Source: Eledone cirrhosa
Lineage: Eukaryota
Assembly (NCBI GenBank): GCA_964016885.1
Contig: OZ024742.1
Coordinates: forward strand, 91,202,001 to 91,266,000
Reading direction: 5' to 3'
Length of the DNA: 64,000 nucleotides
The notes beneath the pieces are model-generated. The model searched no databases. It worked only from the letters and a program-made list of their open reading frames with translations, and had not been told where the DNA came from. Both the position numbers and the translations under genes were made by a program. Positions 15,174 to 30,218 of the stretch are shown here, one piece after another; the stretch's first letter is position 1; every line of letters starts with the position of its first letter.

Positions 15174-18100
15174 CCTTGTCTGGCTTTCTGGAGAATAGAG
15201 GAAAGGTGTTTCCTCAAAAACCAGTATGACTCTAAAAACCGGTTTGTCTGTGTGTTTACATACAGAATAGCTGGCCATTCACAGTAAAGTGACCAGTGAA
15301 AAAACTTGGTACATCTACATATGTATACGTGTGTGTATTCATATACATACTAGTATTTCAGTATACATATATGGATGTACATCTTTAACTTAATTGTTTA
15401 AGCGTCAGTCATACAAAAGTGAGTTACAAACGAAACGAAGTTTAATTTCGTTTCGTTATTTGTTTTTATCGTCTCCGTTGAACCGGTACTTACTCACACT
15501 CTATGCAAATTAGTCTGCCCACTACTAATTTTCATAGAAAAAGCATATAACGATATGTGCTTTTACGATTCTCTAGAGAGGCCGGAAGATAGGTAAATAT
15601 TGCTGATGAGTTGTAACAACAACGAAACTAGTTCAATATTCCTTGTCTGGCTTTCTGGAGAATAGAGGAAAGGTGTTTCCTCAAAAACCAGTATGACTCT
15701 AAAAACCGGTTTGTCTGTGTGTTTACATACAGAATAGCTGGCCATTCACAGTAAAGTGACCAGTGAAAAAACTTGGTACATCTACATATGTATACGTGTG
15801 TGTATTCATATACATACTAGTATTTCAGTATACATATATGGATGTACATCTTTAACTTAATTGTTTAAGCGTCAGTCATACAAAAGTGAGTTACAAACGA
15901 AACGAAGTTTAATTTCGTTTCGTTATTTGTTTTTATCGTCTCCGTTGAACCGGTACTTACTCACACTCTATGCAAATTAGTCTGCCCACTACTAATTTTC
16001 ATAGAAAAAGCATATAACGATATGTGCTTTTACGATTCTCTAGAGAGGCCGGAAGATAGGTAAATATTGCTGATGAGTTGTAACAACAACGAAACTAGTT
16101 CAATATTCCTTGTCTGGCTTTCTGGAGAATAGAGGAAAGGTGTTTCCTCAAAAACCAGTATGACTCTAAAAACCGGTTTGTCTGTGTGTTTACATACAGA
16201 ATAGCTGGCCATTCACAGTAAAGTGACCAGTGAAAAAACTTGGTACATCTACATATGTATACGTGTGTGTATTCATATACATACTAGTATTTCAGTATAC
16301 ATATATGGATGTACATCTTTAACTTAATTGTTTAAGCGTCAGTCATACAAAAGTGAGTTACAAACGAAACGAAGTTTAATTTCGTTTCGTTATTTGTTTT
16401 TATCGTCTCCGTTGAACCGGTACTTACTCACACTCTATGCAAATTAGTCTGCCCACTACTAATTTTCATAGAAAAAGCATATAACGATATGTGCTTTTAC
16501 GATTCTCTAGAGAGGCCGGAAGATAGGTAAATATTGCTGATGAGTTGTAACAACAACGAAACTAGTTCAATATTCCTTGTCTGGCTTTCTGGAGAATAGA
16601 GGAAAGGTGTTTCCTCAAAAACCAGTATGACTCTAAAAACCGGTTTGTCTGTGTGTTTACATACAGAATAGCTGGCCATTCACAGTAAAGTGACCAGTGA
16701 AAAAACTTGGTACATCTACATATGTATACGTGTGTGTATTCATATACATACTAGTATTTCAGTATACATATATGGATGTACATCTTTAACTTAATTGTTT
16801 AAGCGTCAGTCATACAAAAGTGAGTTACAAACGAAACGAAGTTTAATTTCGTTTCGTTATTTGTTTTTATCGTCTCCGTTGAACCGGTACTTACTCACAC
16901 TCTATGCAAATTAGTCTGCCCACTACTAATTTTCATAGAAAAAGCATATAACGATATGTGCTTTTACGATTCTCTAGAGAGGCCGGAAGATAGGTAAATA
17001 TTGCTGATGAGTTGTAACAACAACGAAACTAGTTCAATATTCCTTGTCTGGCTTTCTGGAGAATAGAGGAAAGGTGTTTCCTCAAAAACCAGTATGACTC
17101 TAAAAACCGGTTTGTCTGTGTGTTTACATACAGAATAGCTGGCCATTCACAGTAAAGTGACCAGTGAAAAAACTTGGTACATCTACATATGTATACGTGT
17201 GTGTATTCATATACATACTAGTATTTCAGTATACATATATGGATGTACATCTTTAACTTAATTGTTTAAGCGTCAGTCATACAAAAGTGAGTTACAAACG
17301 AAACGAAGTTTAATTTCGTTTCGTTATTTGTTTTTATCGTCTCCGTTGAACCGGTACTTACTCACACTCTATGCAAATTAGTCTGCCCACTACTAATTTT
17401 CATAGAAAAAGCATATAACGATATGTGCTTTTACGATTCTCTAGAGAGGCCGGAAGATAGGTAAATATTGCTGATGAGTTGTAACAACAACGAAACTAGT
17501 TCAATATTCCTTGTCTGGCTTTCTGGAGAATAGAGGAAAGGTGTTTCCTCAAAAACCAGTATGACTCTAAAAACCGGTTTGTCTGTGTGTTTACATACAG
17601 AATAGCTGGCCATTCACAGTAAAGTGACCAGTGAAAAAACTTGGTACATCTACATATGTATACGTGTGTGTATTCATATACATACTAGTATTTCAGTATA
17701 CATATATGGATGTACATCTTTAACTTAATTGTTTAAGCGTCAGTCATACAAAAGTGAGTTACAAACGAAACGAAGTTTAATTTCGTTTCGTTATTTGTTT
17801 TTATCGTCTCCGTTGAACCGGTACTTACTCACACTCTATGCAAATTAGTCTGCCCACTACTAATTTTCATAGAAAAAGCATATAACGATATGTGCTTTTA
17901 CGATTCTCTAGAGAGGCCGGAAGATAGGTAAATATTGCTGATGAGTTGTAACAACAACGAAACTAGTTCAATATTCCTTGTCTGGCTTTCTGGAGAATAG
18001 AGGAAAGGTGTTTCCTCAAAAACCAGTATGACTCTAAAAACCGGTTTGTCTGTGTGTTTACATACAGAATAGCTGGCCATTCACAGTAAAGTGACCAGTG

Positions 18101-18271
18101 AAAAAACTTGGTACATCTACATATGTATACGTGTGTGTATTCATATACATACTAGTATTTCAGTATACATATATGGATGTACATCTTTAACTTAATTGTT
18201 TAAGCGTCAGTCATACAAAAGTGAGTTACAAACGAAACGAAGTTTAATTTCGTTTCGTTATTTGTTTTTAT

Positions 18272-18847
<576 letters not shown>

Positions 18848-19394
18848 GAAACAAAATGAAAACGAAATTTCATTTCTCACTCTTAGTATGGCACTTACTT
18901 AAATGTAAGTATGCATGTATACGTACATACATATATGTATACAGACGTACAGTAGCATGCACATATATATATATATATACATATATATATACATATGCAT
19001 ACAGGTACACATACATATATGCACGTATCAGTTTAGCGGCGCTAACGTCGCTTTGTTCGTTTGTAAACAACTGAACAGCCTGAATTTATGCCATACGGTG
19101 TGGCATAAATTCAGGCTGTTCAGTTTGTTTACAAACGAACAAAGCGACGTTAGCGCCGCTAAACTGATACGTGCATATATGTATGTGTACCTGTATGCAT
19201 ATGTATGTATATATGTATATATATTATATATATATGTGCATGCTACTGTACGTCTGTATACATATATGTATGTACGTATACATGCATACTTACATTTAAG
19301 TAAGTGCCATACTAAGAGTGAGAAATGAAATTTCGTTTTCATTTTGTTTCAATTTATCGTTTTCGGTATGCCTGACCGATTTAACTCACTCAAT

Positions 19395-19443
19395 ATGCAA
19401 ATTAGGCTGCTCAGCCGTTAATTTTCATAAGGAAAGTATATAC
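19395..19443 (+). promoter_or_regulatory. Putative snRNA-type promoter cassette in unit B
   Basis: ATGCAAAT at 19395-19402, tcagccgttaattttcataagg PSE-like block, gtatata at 19436-19442. Confidence 0.5.
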
Positions 19444-19475
19444 TTTCGAACGTTCAACTATCTGGCAGATGGGTA

Positions 19476-19520
19476 AACGGTGCTGATGATAGCTAACAAG
19501 CTTGAAACTAGTACATCGTT
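19476..19520 (+). ncRNA. Minimal type I hammerhead ribozyme, unit B (representative of 5 copies)
   Basis: aacggtg-CTGATGA-T AGC taacaa GCT T-GAAA-C TA GTA-catcgtt; GUA triplet; U-U mismatch at the base of helix II. Confidence 0.8.
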
Positions 19521-21697
19521 CCTGTGTCAGTGTTGAACAAAAAGGTGACGTGGTTGCCTTAACACCGTATGGCATAAATTCAGGCTGTTCAGTTTGTTTA
19601 CAAACGAACAAAGTGACGTTAGCGCCGCTAAACTGATACGTGCATATATGTATGTGTACCTGTATGCATATGTATGTATATATGTATATATATATATATA
19701 TATGTGCATGCTACTGTACGTCTGTATACATATATGTATGTACGTATACATGCATACTTACATTTAAGTAAGTGCCATACTAAGAGTGAGAAATGAAATT
19801 TCGTTTTCATTTTGTTTCAATTTATCGTTTTCGGTATGCCTGACCGATTTAACTCACTCAATATGCAAATTAGGCTGCTCAGCCGTTAATTTTCATAAGG
19901 AAAGTATATACTTTCGAACGTTCAACTATCTGGCAGATGGGTAAACGGTGCTGATGATAGCTAACAAGCTTGAAACTAGTACATCGTTCCTGTGTCAGTG
20001 TTGAACAAAAAGGTGACGTGGTTGCCTTAACACCGTATGGCATAAATTCAGGCTGTTCAGTTTGTTTACAAACGAACAAAGTGACGTTAGCGCCGCTAAA
20101 CTGATACGTGCATATATGTATGTGTACCTGTATGCATATGTATGTATATATGTATATATATATATATATATGTGCATGCTACTGTACGTCTGTATACATA
20201 TATGTATGTACGTATACATGCATACTTACATTTAAGTAAGTGCCATACTAAGAGTGAGAAATGAAATTTCGTTTTCATTTTGTTTCAATTTATCGTTTTC
20301 GGTATGCCTGACCGATTTAACTCACTCAATATGCAAATTAGGCTGCTCAGCCGTTAATTTTCATAAGGAAAGTATATACTTTCGAACGTTCAACTATCTG
20401 GCAGATGGGTAAACGGTGCTGATGATAGCTAACAAGCTTGAAACTAGTACATCGTTCCTGTGTCAGTGTTGAACAAAAAGGTGACGTGGTTGCCTTAACA
20501 CCGTATGGCATAAATTCAGGCTGTTCAGTTTGTTTACAAACGAACAAAGTGACGTTAGCGCCGCTAAACTGATACGTGCATATATGTATGTGTACCTGTA
20601 TGCATATGTATGTATATATGTATATATATATATATATATGTGCATGCTACTGTACGTCTGTATACATATATGTATGTACGTATACATGCATACTTACATT
20701 TAAGTAAGTGCCATACTAAGAGTGAGAAATGAAATTTCGTTTTCATTTTGTTTCAATTTATCGTTTTCGGTATGCCTGACCGATTTAACTCACTCAATAT
20801 GCAAATTAGGCTGCTCAGCCGTTAATTTTCATAAGGAAAGTATATACTTTCGAACGTTCAACTATCTGGCAGATGGGTAAACGGTGCTGATGATAGCTAA
20901 CAAGCTTGAAACTAGTACATCGTTCCTGTGTCAGTGTTGAACAAAAAGGTGACGTGGTTGCCTTAACACCGTATGGCATAAATTCAGGCTGTTCAGTTTG
21001 TTTACAAACGAACAAAGTGACGTTAGCGCCGCTAAACTGATACGTGCATATATGTATGTGTACCTGTATGCATATGTATGTATATATGTATATATATATA
21101 TATATATGTGCATGCTACTGTACGTCTGTATACATATATGTATGTACGTATACATGCATACTTACATTTAAGTAAGTGCCATACTAAGAGTGAGAAATGA
21201 AATTTCGTTTTCATTTTGTTTCAATTTATCGTTTTCGGTATGCCTGACCGATTTAACTCACTCAATATGCAAATTAGGCTGCTCAGCCGTTAATTTTCAT
21301 AAGGAAAGTATATACTTTCGAACGTTCAACTATCTGGCAGATGGGTAAACGGTGCTGATGATAGCTAACAAGCTTGAAACTAGTACATCGTTCCTGTGTC
21401 AGTGTTGAACAAAAAGGTGACGTGGTTGCCTTAACACCGTATGGCATAAATTCAGGCTGTTCAGTTTGTTTACAAACGAACAAAGTGACGTTAGCGCCGC
21501 TAAACTGATACGTGCATATATGTATGTGTACCTGTATGCATATGTATGTATATATGTATATATATATATATATATGTGCATGCTACTGTACGTCTGTATA
21601 CATATATGTATGTACGTATACATGCATACTTACATTTAAGTAAGTGCCATACTAAGAGTGAGAAATGAAATTTCGTTTTCATTTTGTTTCAATTTAT

Positions 21698-23097
<1,400 letters not shown>

Positions 23098-23995
23098 GTA
23101 TTAAGGATACTATTTATGGTTATGTATGTAATAAAACCTTTTATGGTTATATATTTTTTATACAAACCCTAAATAGTGAAAGATGGTCATTAATTACTAT
23201 CTTATTACCAGTAAGATAAATAGCTCAATGTAATAACATAGGTTGTTTTACAGAGCAGTTATATAGAGATTACAATAATCAAAGTTCAGTTTAAATCATT
23301 TATTTGCTCACAATTGTTTCCTCCAAACCGAGGTTTGGATTCTTTGGAGCAACTATTTAGTGATGTATAACATACTTGACCTCCTTTTCAATACAAGAGA
23401 CATATAAAAACATATGCATATATTGACCCACAGTGGGATGACATCCATCAAAATGATATAGCATGGCAATTTACATATAAAGGTTAAAGGATAAAAATAA
23501 AAATAAAAATAAAAATAAAAATAAAAATAAAAATAAAAATAAAAATAAAAATAAAAATAAAAATGAAACATTGGCAGCTTATGCAGATAAAGCAAGAGGA
23601 AAGTTTAGAGAAATCAGCGTATGAAACAATCTCACGTGTAGCATGCACACGTGTCTTATTTATACAGGATTAGAGTGCGGCAGATTGTTACTTGCAGGGT
23701 CAGGCAGTTGAAGCAGGCGATCGATATTATTATGTGGGCTGAATTGTTAAATCATTTTTTCGCATACACCTGTATGATATACAATCCCGAATGTAGAGAA
23801 ACACCAAAATATCAAAAATATCAAACTTATTATAAAACATTATAGCGTAGGCAAAACAGTACCACTGTCCCCGCGCACACCACCACTCACATAATCCATG
23901 AGACGCAATATATAGACCACGGGTCTATCATATAATCCACGATTGTTCAGCATATAACCAAGTTATAAACCATATCTTGTCGATTCTTAATTAAT
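23098..23995 (-). mobile_element. 3' non-coding remnant of a Penelope-like element related to the one at 59290-62545
   Basis: Colinear similarity to about 59290-60100 (atactatttatggtt, ccctaaatagtg, cttattaccagtaag, tttcctccaaaccgaggtttggattct); decayed hammerhead at 23305-23351. Confidence 0.75.
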
Positions 23996-24162
23996 AGATC
24001 ATGTTGTTTAGTTTTGTGTGATGATATTGTAAGCAAATAAATGATTTAAACTGAACTTTGATTATTGTAATCTCTCTCTCTATATATATATATATATTTA
24101 TATATATATAAATATATATATATAAATATATTTAAATATATATATATAAATATATATAAATA

Positions 24163-25873
24163 TCTATATATATAAAACAGAGGATGTCTGTGTGTCTGTT
24201 TCCCTAAAACTCGAAAAGTACCCAACGGTTGTTTTTCAAACTTTACACGTGTAATAAATATGACCCCGGAAGTGTTTTGAGCAAAAAAAAATTTCAAATT
24301 ATTCTGTCCTAGGGATCGAATTAGTGAAGTGACCAATGTCTCTACATAATGAGGGAGTGAGAGGGGAGAGAAAGAAACGGTGAGGCGAAGTGACGAAGTG
24401 GCTATTTTCTCATCTTCCTCCTTTTTCCATTCGTCACAGCATTTTTCGATAGAATGTAAGTTACAAAGAGAGAGAGAGAGAGTGAGAGTGAAAGAAAGAG
24501 ACAGACTACAAGAGGGGGATAGCGGGGGGGGGGGAGAGAGAGAGTGAAAGAAGCTGTCTTTTGATACTGTTAAAGATACATGACGTATAACTATTAACAT
24601 GTGTGCGTGTGTGTGTGTGTGTGTGAGCGTTCCAATAAGAGTAAAATCTATTAAGATGTGAGTGTGTGTATGTGCCCATATGCGTGTGAGTTTGCCATAT
24701 GTATATGTGTCTGCATCTGTATACACGTGTATATATATATATATATATGGAGGCACATGGCTTAGTGGTTAGAGCATTGGCCTTGCAATCGAAAGGTTGT
24801 GAGTTCAATTCTCAGACCGGGTGTTGTGTTGTTTCCTTGAGCAAGACACTTTATTTCACATTGCTCCAGTTTACTCAGCTGTAGAACTAAGATGATAGGG
24901 ACTGGGGTCCCTATCATTCCACTGTAAAGTGGACGTGGAGGCGCCACGGAAAAAAAGCACCCAGCACTCACTGTAAATGAGGTTGGTGTTAGGAAGGGCA
25001 TCCGGCTGTAGAAATCAAGCCAGAATCAGTTCCCGTCCCACCCTTGCAAGCAGGGAAAAGTGGACGTAAAATGAAAAAATGAAATGATATATATATATAT
25101 ATATTATTATTATTATTATATATATTTATATACATGTGTATATGTCGTCTGCTTCCCTTATGAGTTAAATCTATTAACGTGTGTGTGAGTTTGCGTTGTG
25201 TGTGTGTTTGCGTGCGTTTCAAATTTTCAATGCCCTAGGGACCGCATTAGGCGACTTAGAGATCTCTTTCTCTTAGTCTTTCTCTTTTTAGATAGATACA
25301 TAGATATGACGTCGCGCCTTCATAATATCTGTCTGTATGCCTGACTGTCTGCATTACGTCATTATGACGCGTCAGTGTGTGTGTGTATATATATTCTTAT
25401 GCCAGGGAACGTCTTCACGAACCAAAGTATCGTCTTCCTGTTTTCCAGATTGATTTCTTTAGTTTAAGAAGATCCCGTTAAGGTTGAAAGCAGCGATTCT
25501 TTGCTTAAACATTAATATGTTATTTTAATATAGATATTCGTGTACAGATATTTTTGCATACAAAAAAACAAAATATAAACAAACAAGGCCAAAGATTACA
25601 TCAATTAGTCTTAGTGTGTGTACTTCATACTGCTTTTAGGTAGAATATCCCGTTAAGGGTGAAAGCAGTGATTCTTTGCTTAAACTTTAGTCTGTTATTT
25701 TAATATATATATATATATATATAATTATATATTTATGGACAGATATTTTTGCATACACAATAACAAAATATGAACAAACGTATTTATTTCACGAGGTTCG
25801 ATAAGGATAAATATATATCAAATATATAAGAACCCTATAGCAAATCCCGAGCAACGCCGGGCCATTCTGCTAG
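24163..25873 (+). mobile_element. Non-autonomous Helitron
   Basis: 5' TC(tatatatataaaac); 3' GC-rich hairpin cccgagcaacgccggg then CTAG; inserted between A and T; internal tandem duplication near 25472 and 25647. Confidence 0.8.
24749..25088 (+). mobile_element. tRNA-derived SINE with RTE-type 3' tail, nested in the Helitron
   Basis: A box tggcttagtgg, B box gagttcaattc, central ccttgagcaagacact motif; tail shared with the LINE 3' UTR at about 29310-29480. Confidence 0.88.
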
Positions 25874-26155
25874 TATATATATATAAATATATATATATAA
25901 ATAATAAATCAATACTCACAAACACATATGGCCTTTCGCCCATATGGCTTTGTGAGTATTGATTTATTATTTTTTAGATCGTACAGGAAAACTATATGTA
26001 TTTGAATTAAGATATTTCATTCTAACCTTTTTATTAGTCAATTGCAACTAAAACATGTAAATGTTTATCATATATTAATTTATAACTGCTCAGAAGCGAT
26101 TCTTAGAGCTGAAATAATTGTAAATGACCCCATTGAGTGTAAACTCTAAGTTGTA

Positions 26156-26266
<111 letters not shown>

Positions 26267-26269
26267 AAT

Positions 26270-26330
<61 letters not shown>

Positions 26331-26421
26331 AATATATAAAAGACAGATTCTATATATAAATATATATAGATTATATATATAAATATATATATAATATATA
26401 TAGATTATATATATAAATATA

Positions 26422-29400
26422 TAAAAGACAGATTCTATGAGACACTGTTGCTAACTACCTCCCAAATATCTGACAGTGACTATATAATTATTGCAGGCGA
26501 CCTAAATGGTCACGTTGGACAACATTGTGACGGCTACGGCGAAATCCATGGAGGCTATGGGTTTGGTACTAGAAATGAGGAAGGCTCCAGAATCCTGGAA
26601 TACTGTGATGCAAATAACCTAACTATCTGTAACACTAACTTCAAAAAACGTGACAATCACCTGATCACCTATAGATCCGGGGAACACACAAGCCAGGTAG
26701 ATTATATCCTTACCAGAAGACGTGACAGAGTGTCTGTTGTAAACACTAAATCCCTCCCCCATGAAGAATGCACCTCCCAACATAGACTGATAATTAGCGA
26801 CCTCATAGTCAGGACGAGACGTACCCGACAGCAGAAGAGGACTATCCTCAGGAGGAAAATATGGAAACTAAAGGACCCCACAGCCAGAAATAAATTTCAA
26901 AGCATATTACTTGATGCTTTCGACAGTAAGGAAGAGCATCTAGAATCGGACAATATAGAGGGACAGTGGAAATTTCTGAAAGCAAACCTGCTGTTGGCGA
27001 CAGACGAAGTCTGTGGCTGGAGCAGGCCTGTAGACAGGAGGAGAGTAACATGGTGGTGGAACAGTAGGGTGGAGGGGTCAATTAAGGCCAAAAAGCAGGC
27101 TTGGAAAGTATGGCGGGATGGGGGAAGTAGAGTAGACTATCAAGTGGCCAGGAGGGAAGCTAGGAGAGAAGTGTACTTAGCAAGAAGGGAAGCTGAGGAA
27201 AGAAAGTTCAAGCATGTTCTACAACGCGATGACCAAAAACGTGAGGTGTTCAGGATTGCCAGGCAATGCGTCAAGGAAAACCGTGATATTGTCGGGGAGA
27301 AGTGTGTACTTAACGATGATGGCATACTTGCCATCACCGACACTGATAAGAAGGTAGCTTGGAAGTGTCACTATGAAAGGCTACTAAATGAGGAGAATAA
27401 ATGGGAGAAAGACAGTCTCCCCCATATCGACCCGATAGAGGGACCAGCAGTGTTAGTCGAGGGGAGTATAATAAGTAAGGCAATCAAGGATATGAAGACT
27501 GGTAAGGCGGCTGGGCCTTCGGAAATAGTTGCTGAGATGCTGAAGGCATCTGGCACGGTGGGACACACCATGGTCACCCGCATAGTTAACCAAGTCGTAC
27601 AGAATGGGGTTGTTCCGAAGGACTGGCATAGCAGCATCATCGTTAACTGTTATAAGGGTAAAGGAGACGCCCTAGATAGGAGTAACTATAGAGGCATTAA
27701 ATTAATCGACCAGGTCATGAAGGTCACGGAAAAAGTAATAGCGCAACTAATCAGAGAGAGAATTGATCTAGATGAAATGCAGTTCGGGTTTGTGTCAGGC
27801 AAAAGCACCACAGACGCTCTTTTCATAGTACGACAACTACAGGAGAAGTACCTAGCTAAAGGTAAACCCCTCTACTTAGCTTTTGTCGACCTGGAGAAAG
27901 CCTTCGACAGAGTCCCCCGCTCCATTATCTGGTGGGCTCTTAGAAAACTAGGCGTTGACGAATGGCTTGTGAGGGCTATACAAGCCATGTATAAAGAAAC
28001 AGTCAGCAAGGTTAGAATTAACAACGAATATAGTGAAGAGTTTAGCGTAAAAGTTGGCGTCCATCAGGGCTCTGTTCTCAGCCCCCTACTATTTATTATT
28101 GCCCTTCAGGCTATAACAGAGGAGTTCAAGACAGGCTGCCCATGGGAACTCCTATACGCAGACGACCTGACACTCATAGCGGAATCAATGGCCGAGCTAG
28201 AGAAGAAATTCCAAACATGGAAGCACGGCCTAGAGTCAAAAGGACTTAAAATTAACCTGGCTAAGACCAAAGTTCTAGTTTGTAGGAAAGAAAACAAGGC
28301 GGCGGTCCCTTCTGGGAAATGGTCGTGCTCGGTATGTAGGAAAGGCGTAGGTAGAAACTCCATCTTATGTCCTAAATGCAAAGTATGGGTGCATAAAAGA
28401 TGTAGTGGGATCACAGGTAAGCTAACTAAGAACATAGACTTTACATGTGGCCGGTGTTCTGGTGCAATAAGTAGCAGCAAGTGCCCACAAAATACTAGCT
28501 CTTTCAATTGCACAGAGGGTTCTATAGAAATAGTGGACAGCTTCCGTTACCTGGGCGATAAAATCTGCAGTGGGTGATGGTGCTCTGAAAGTACTGTAGC
28601 TAGAGTCAGAACTGGTTGGAAAAAGTTCAGAGAGCTTATACCACTATTAGCTGCTAAAGGGTTCTCCCTAAAAATGAAAGGCAGGTTGTACGATGCCTGC
28701 ATACGAACAGCAATGTTGCATGGTAGTGAGACCTGGGCATTGTGTGCAGAGGATATACGCAGACTAGAGAGGAACGAAGCTTGCATGCTCCGCTGGATGT
28801 GTAACAGTAATATACGTTAACGGCAAAGCATAAACGAACTAAGGAAAAAATTAGAGATAAGAGGGATCAGATGTTGTTTACTCGAGAGAAGGCTGCGTTG
28901 GTATGGACACGTGATGCGCATGAAAGTCGATAGCTGTATTACAAAGTGCAGGGCAATAAAGATAGACGGTAGCCACGGAATAGGCAGACCTAGAAAAACA
29001 TGGGATGAGCTGATAAACTCCGACCTCACACACTTACACCTCTCCAAGACAATGTCACTGGACCGTGACCTTTGGCGGTACTCAGTAACAGAGAAGACCC
29101 GCCTTGCCAGTAGGCATCTCTAACAAAATACACCCCGTCCCGCAACCACCCCCACCCCATCCACACCACCCCGTTCTATGTAAAGTTATGTTGGTGCCGC
29201 GCCATCCAGGCCGAAACAAATGAGATCGTGTAGGTGTCACGACAAAAAACACACAGTCCACGCTGTAATGTGGCCGTGAAGGCAACACGGTAAAAACCTC
29301 CCAGACCCACACTGTAAATGTGGTTGGTGTTAGGAAGGGCATCCAACTGTACAAAACCTGCCAGACAGTCCTATGCGAGCAAGACAATCACTCTTGCCTC

Positions 29401-29480
29401 AAGTGGGACTACCCCCGTCCAAACCCATGCAAGCGTGGAACACGGACGTTAAACGTTGATGATGATGATGATGATGATGA
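26422..29480 (+). mobile_element. 5'-truncated RTE-type LINE (endonuclease, RT, PHD-like finger) with (GAT)n tail
   Basis: GDLNGHVG, DYIL and SQHRL endonuclease motifs; FVDLEKAFD, QGSVLSP and YADD RT motifs; 3' UTR ending in (gat)n. Confidence 0.93.
26448..29123 (+). pseudogene. LINE endonuclease/reverse transcriptase ORF interrupted by two stops
   Basis: 709-aa ORF to 28577 (TGA where the sister copy has GGA) and a TAA at about 28818 (sister copy GAA); reading resumes to 29123. Confidence 0.9.
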
Positions 29481-29485
29481 TATAT

Positions 29486-29548
<63 letters not shown>

Positions 29549-29669
29549 AATATATATATATATGTAAATATATATATATATATATATGTAAATATATATA
29601 TATATAAATATATATATATATAAATATAAATATATATATATATAAATATATATATATATAAATATATAT

Positions 29670-29804
<135 letters not shown>

Positions 29805-29854
29805 AATATATATATATATAAATATATATATATATAAATATATATATATAAATA

Positions 29855-29886
<32 letters not shown>

Positions 29887-30009
29887 AATATATATATATA
29901 TAAATATATATATATATAAATATATATATATAAATAAATATATATATAAATAAATATATATATAAATAAATATATATATATATATATAAATAAATATATA
30001 AATATATAT

Positions 30010-30102
<93 letters not shown>

Positions 30103-30117
30103 AATATATATATATAC

Positions 30118-30168
<51 letters not shown>

Positions 30169-30218
30169 TATATATATATAAATAAATATATATATATATA
30201 AATAAATATATATATATA

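Larger units (their letters stand above)
15003..18271 (+). repeat. Tandem array A, right arm: exactly 7 copies of the 467-bp unit, inverted relative to the left arm
   Basis: Starts cgtctccgttgaacc and ends ...tttgtttttat at (TA)n. Hammerheads at 15129-15173 and every +467 (7 copies). Confidence 0.95.
18848..21697 (+). repeat. Tandem array B: short inverted arm (18848-19100), a partial unit and 5 full copies of a 468-bp hammerhead-containing unit
   Basis: 468-bp period with full units starting at 19358, 19826, 20294, 20762 and 21230. Fold-back junction near 19100. Ends ...caatttat at (TA)n. Confidence 0.95.

Noticed and set aside
11466-18080. Repeated 60-aa ORF MASYSVCKH...
   Set aside because: It is antisense to the ribozyme, has no recognisable domain and is not conserved in homologous unit B.
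24749-24820. Possible tRNA gene
   Set aside because: It is the tRNA-like head of a SINE: it continues into a SINE body and LINE-derived tail and is duplicated at 41787.
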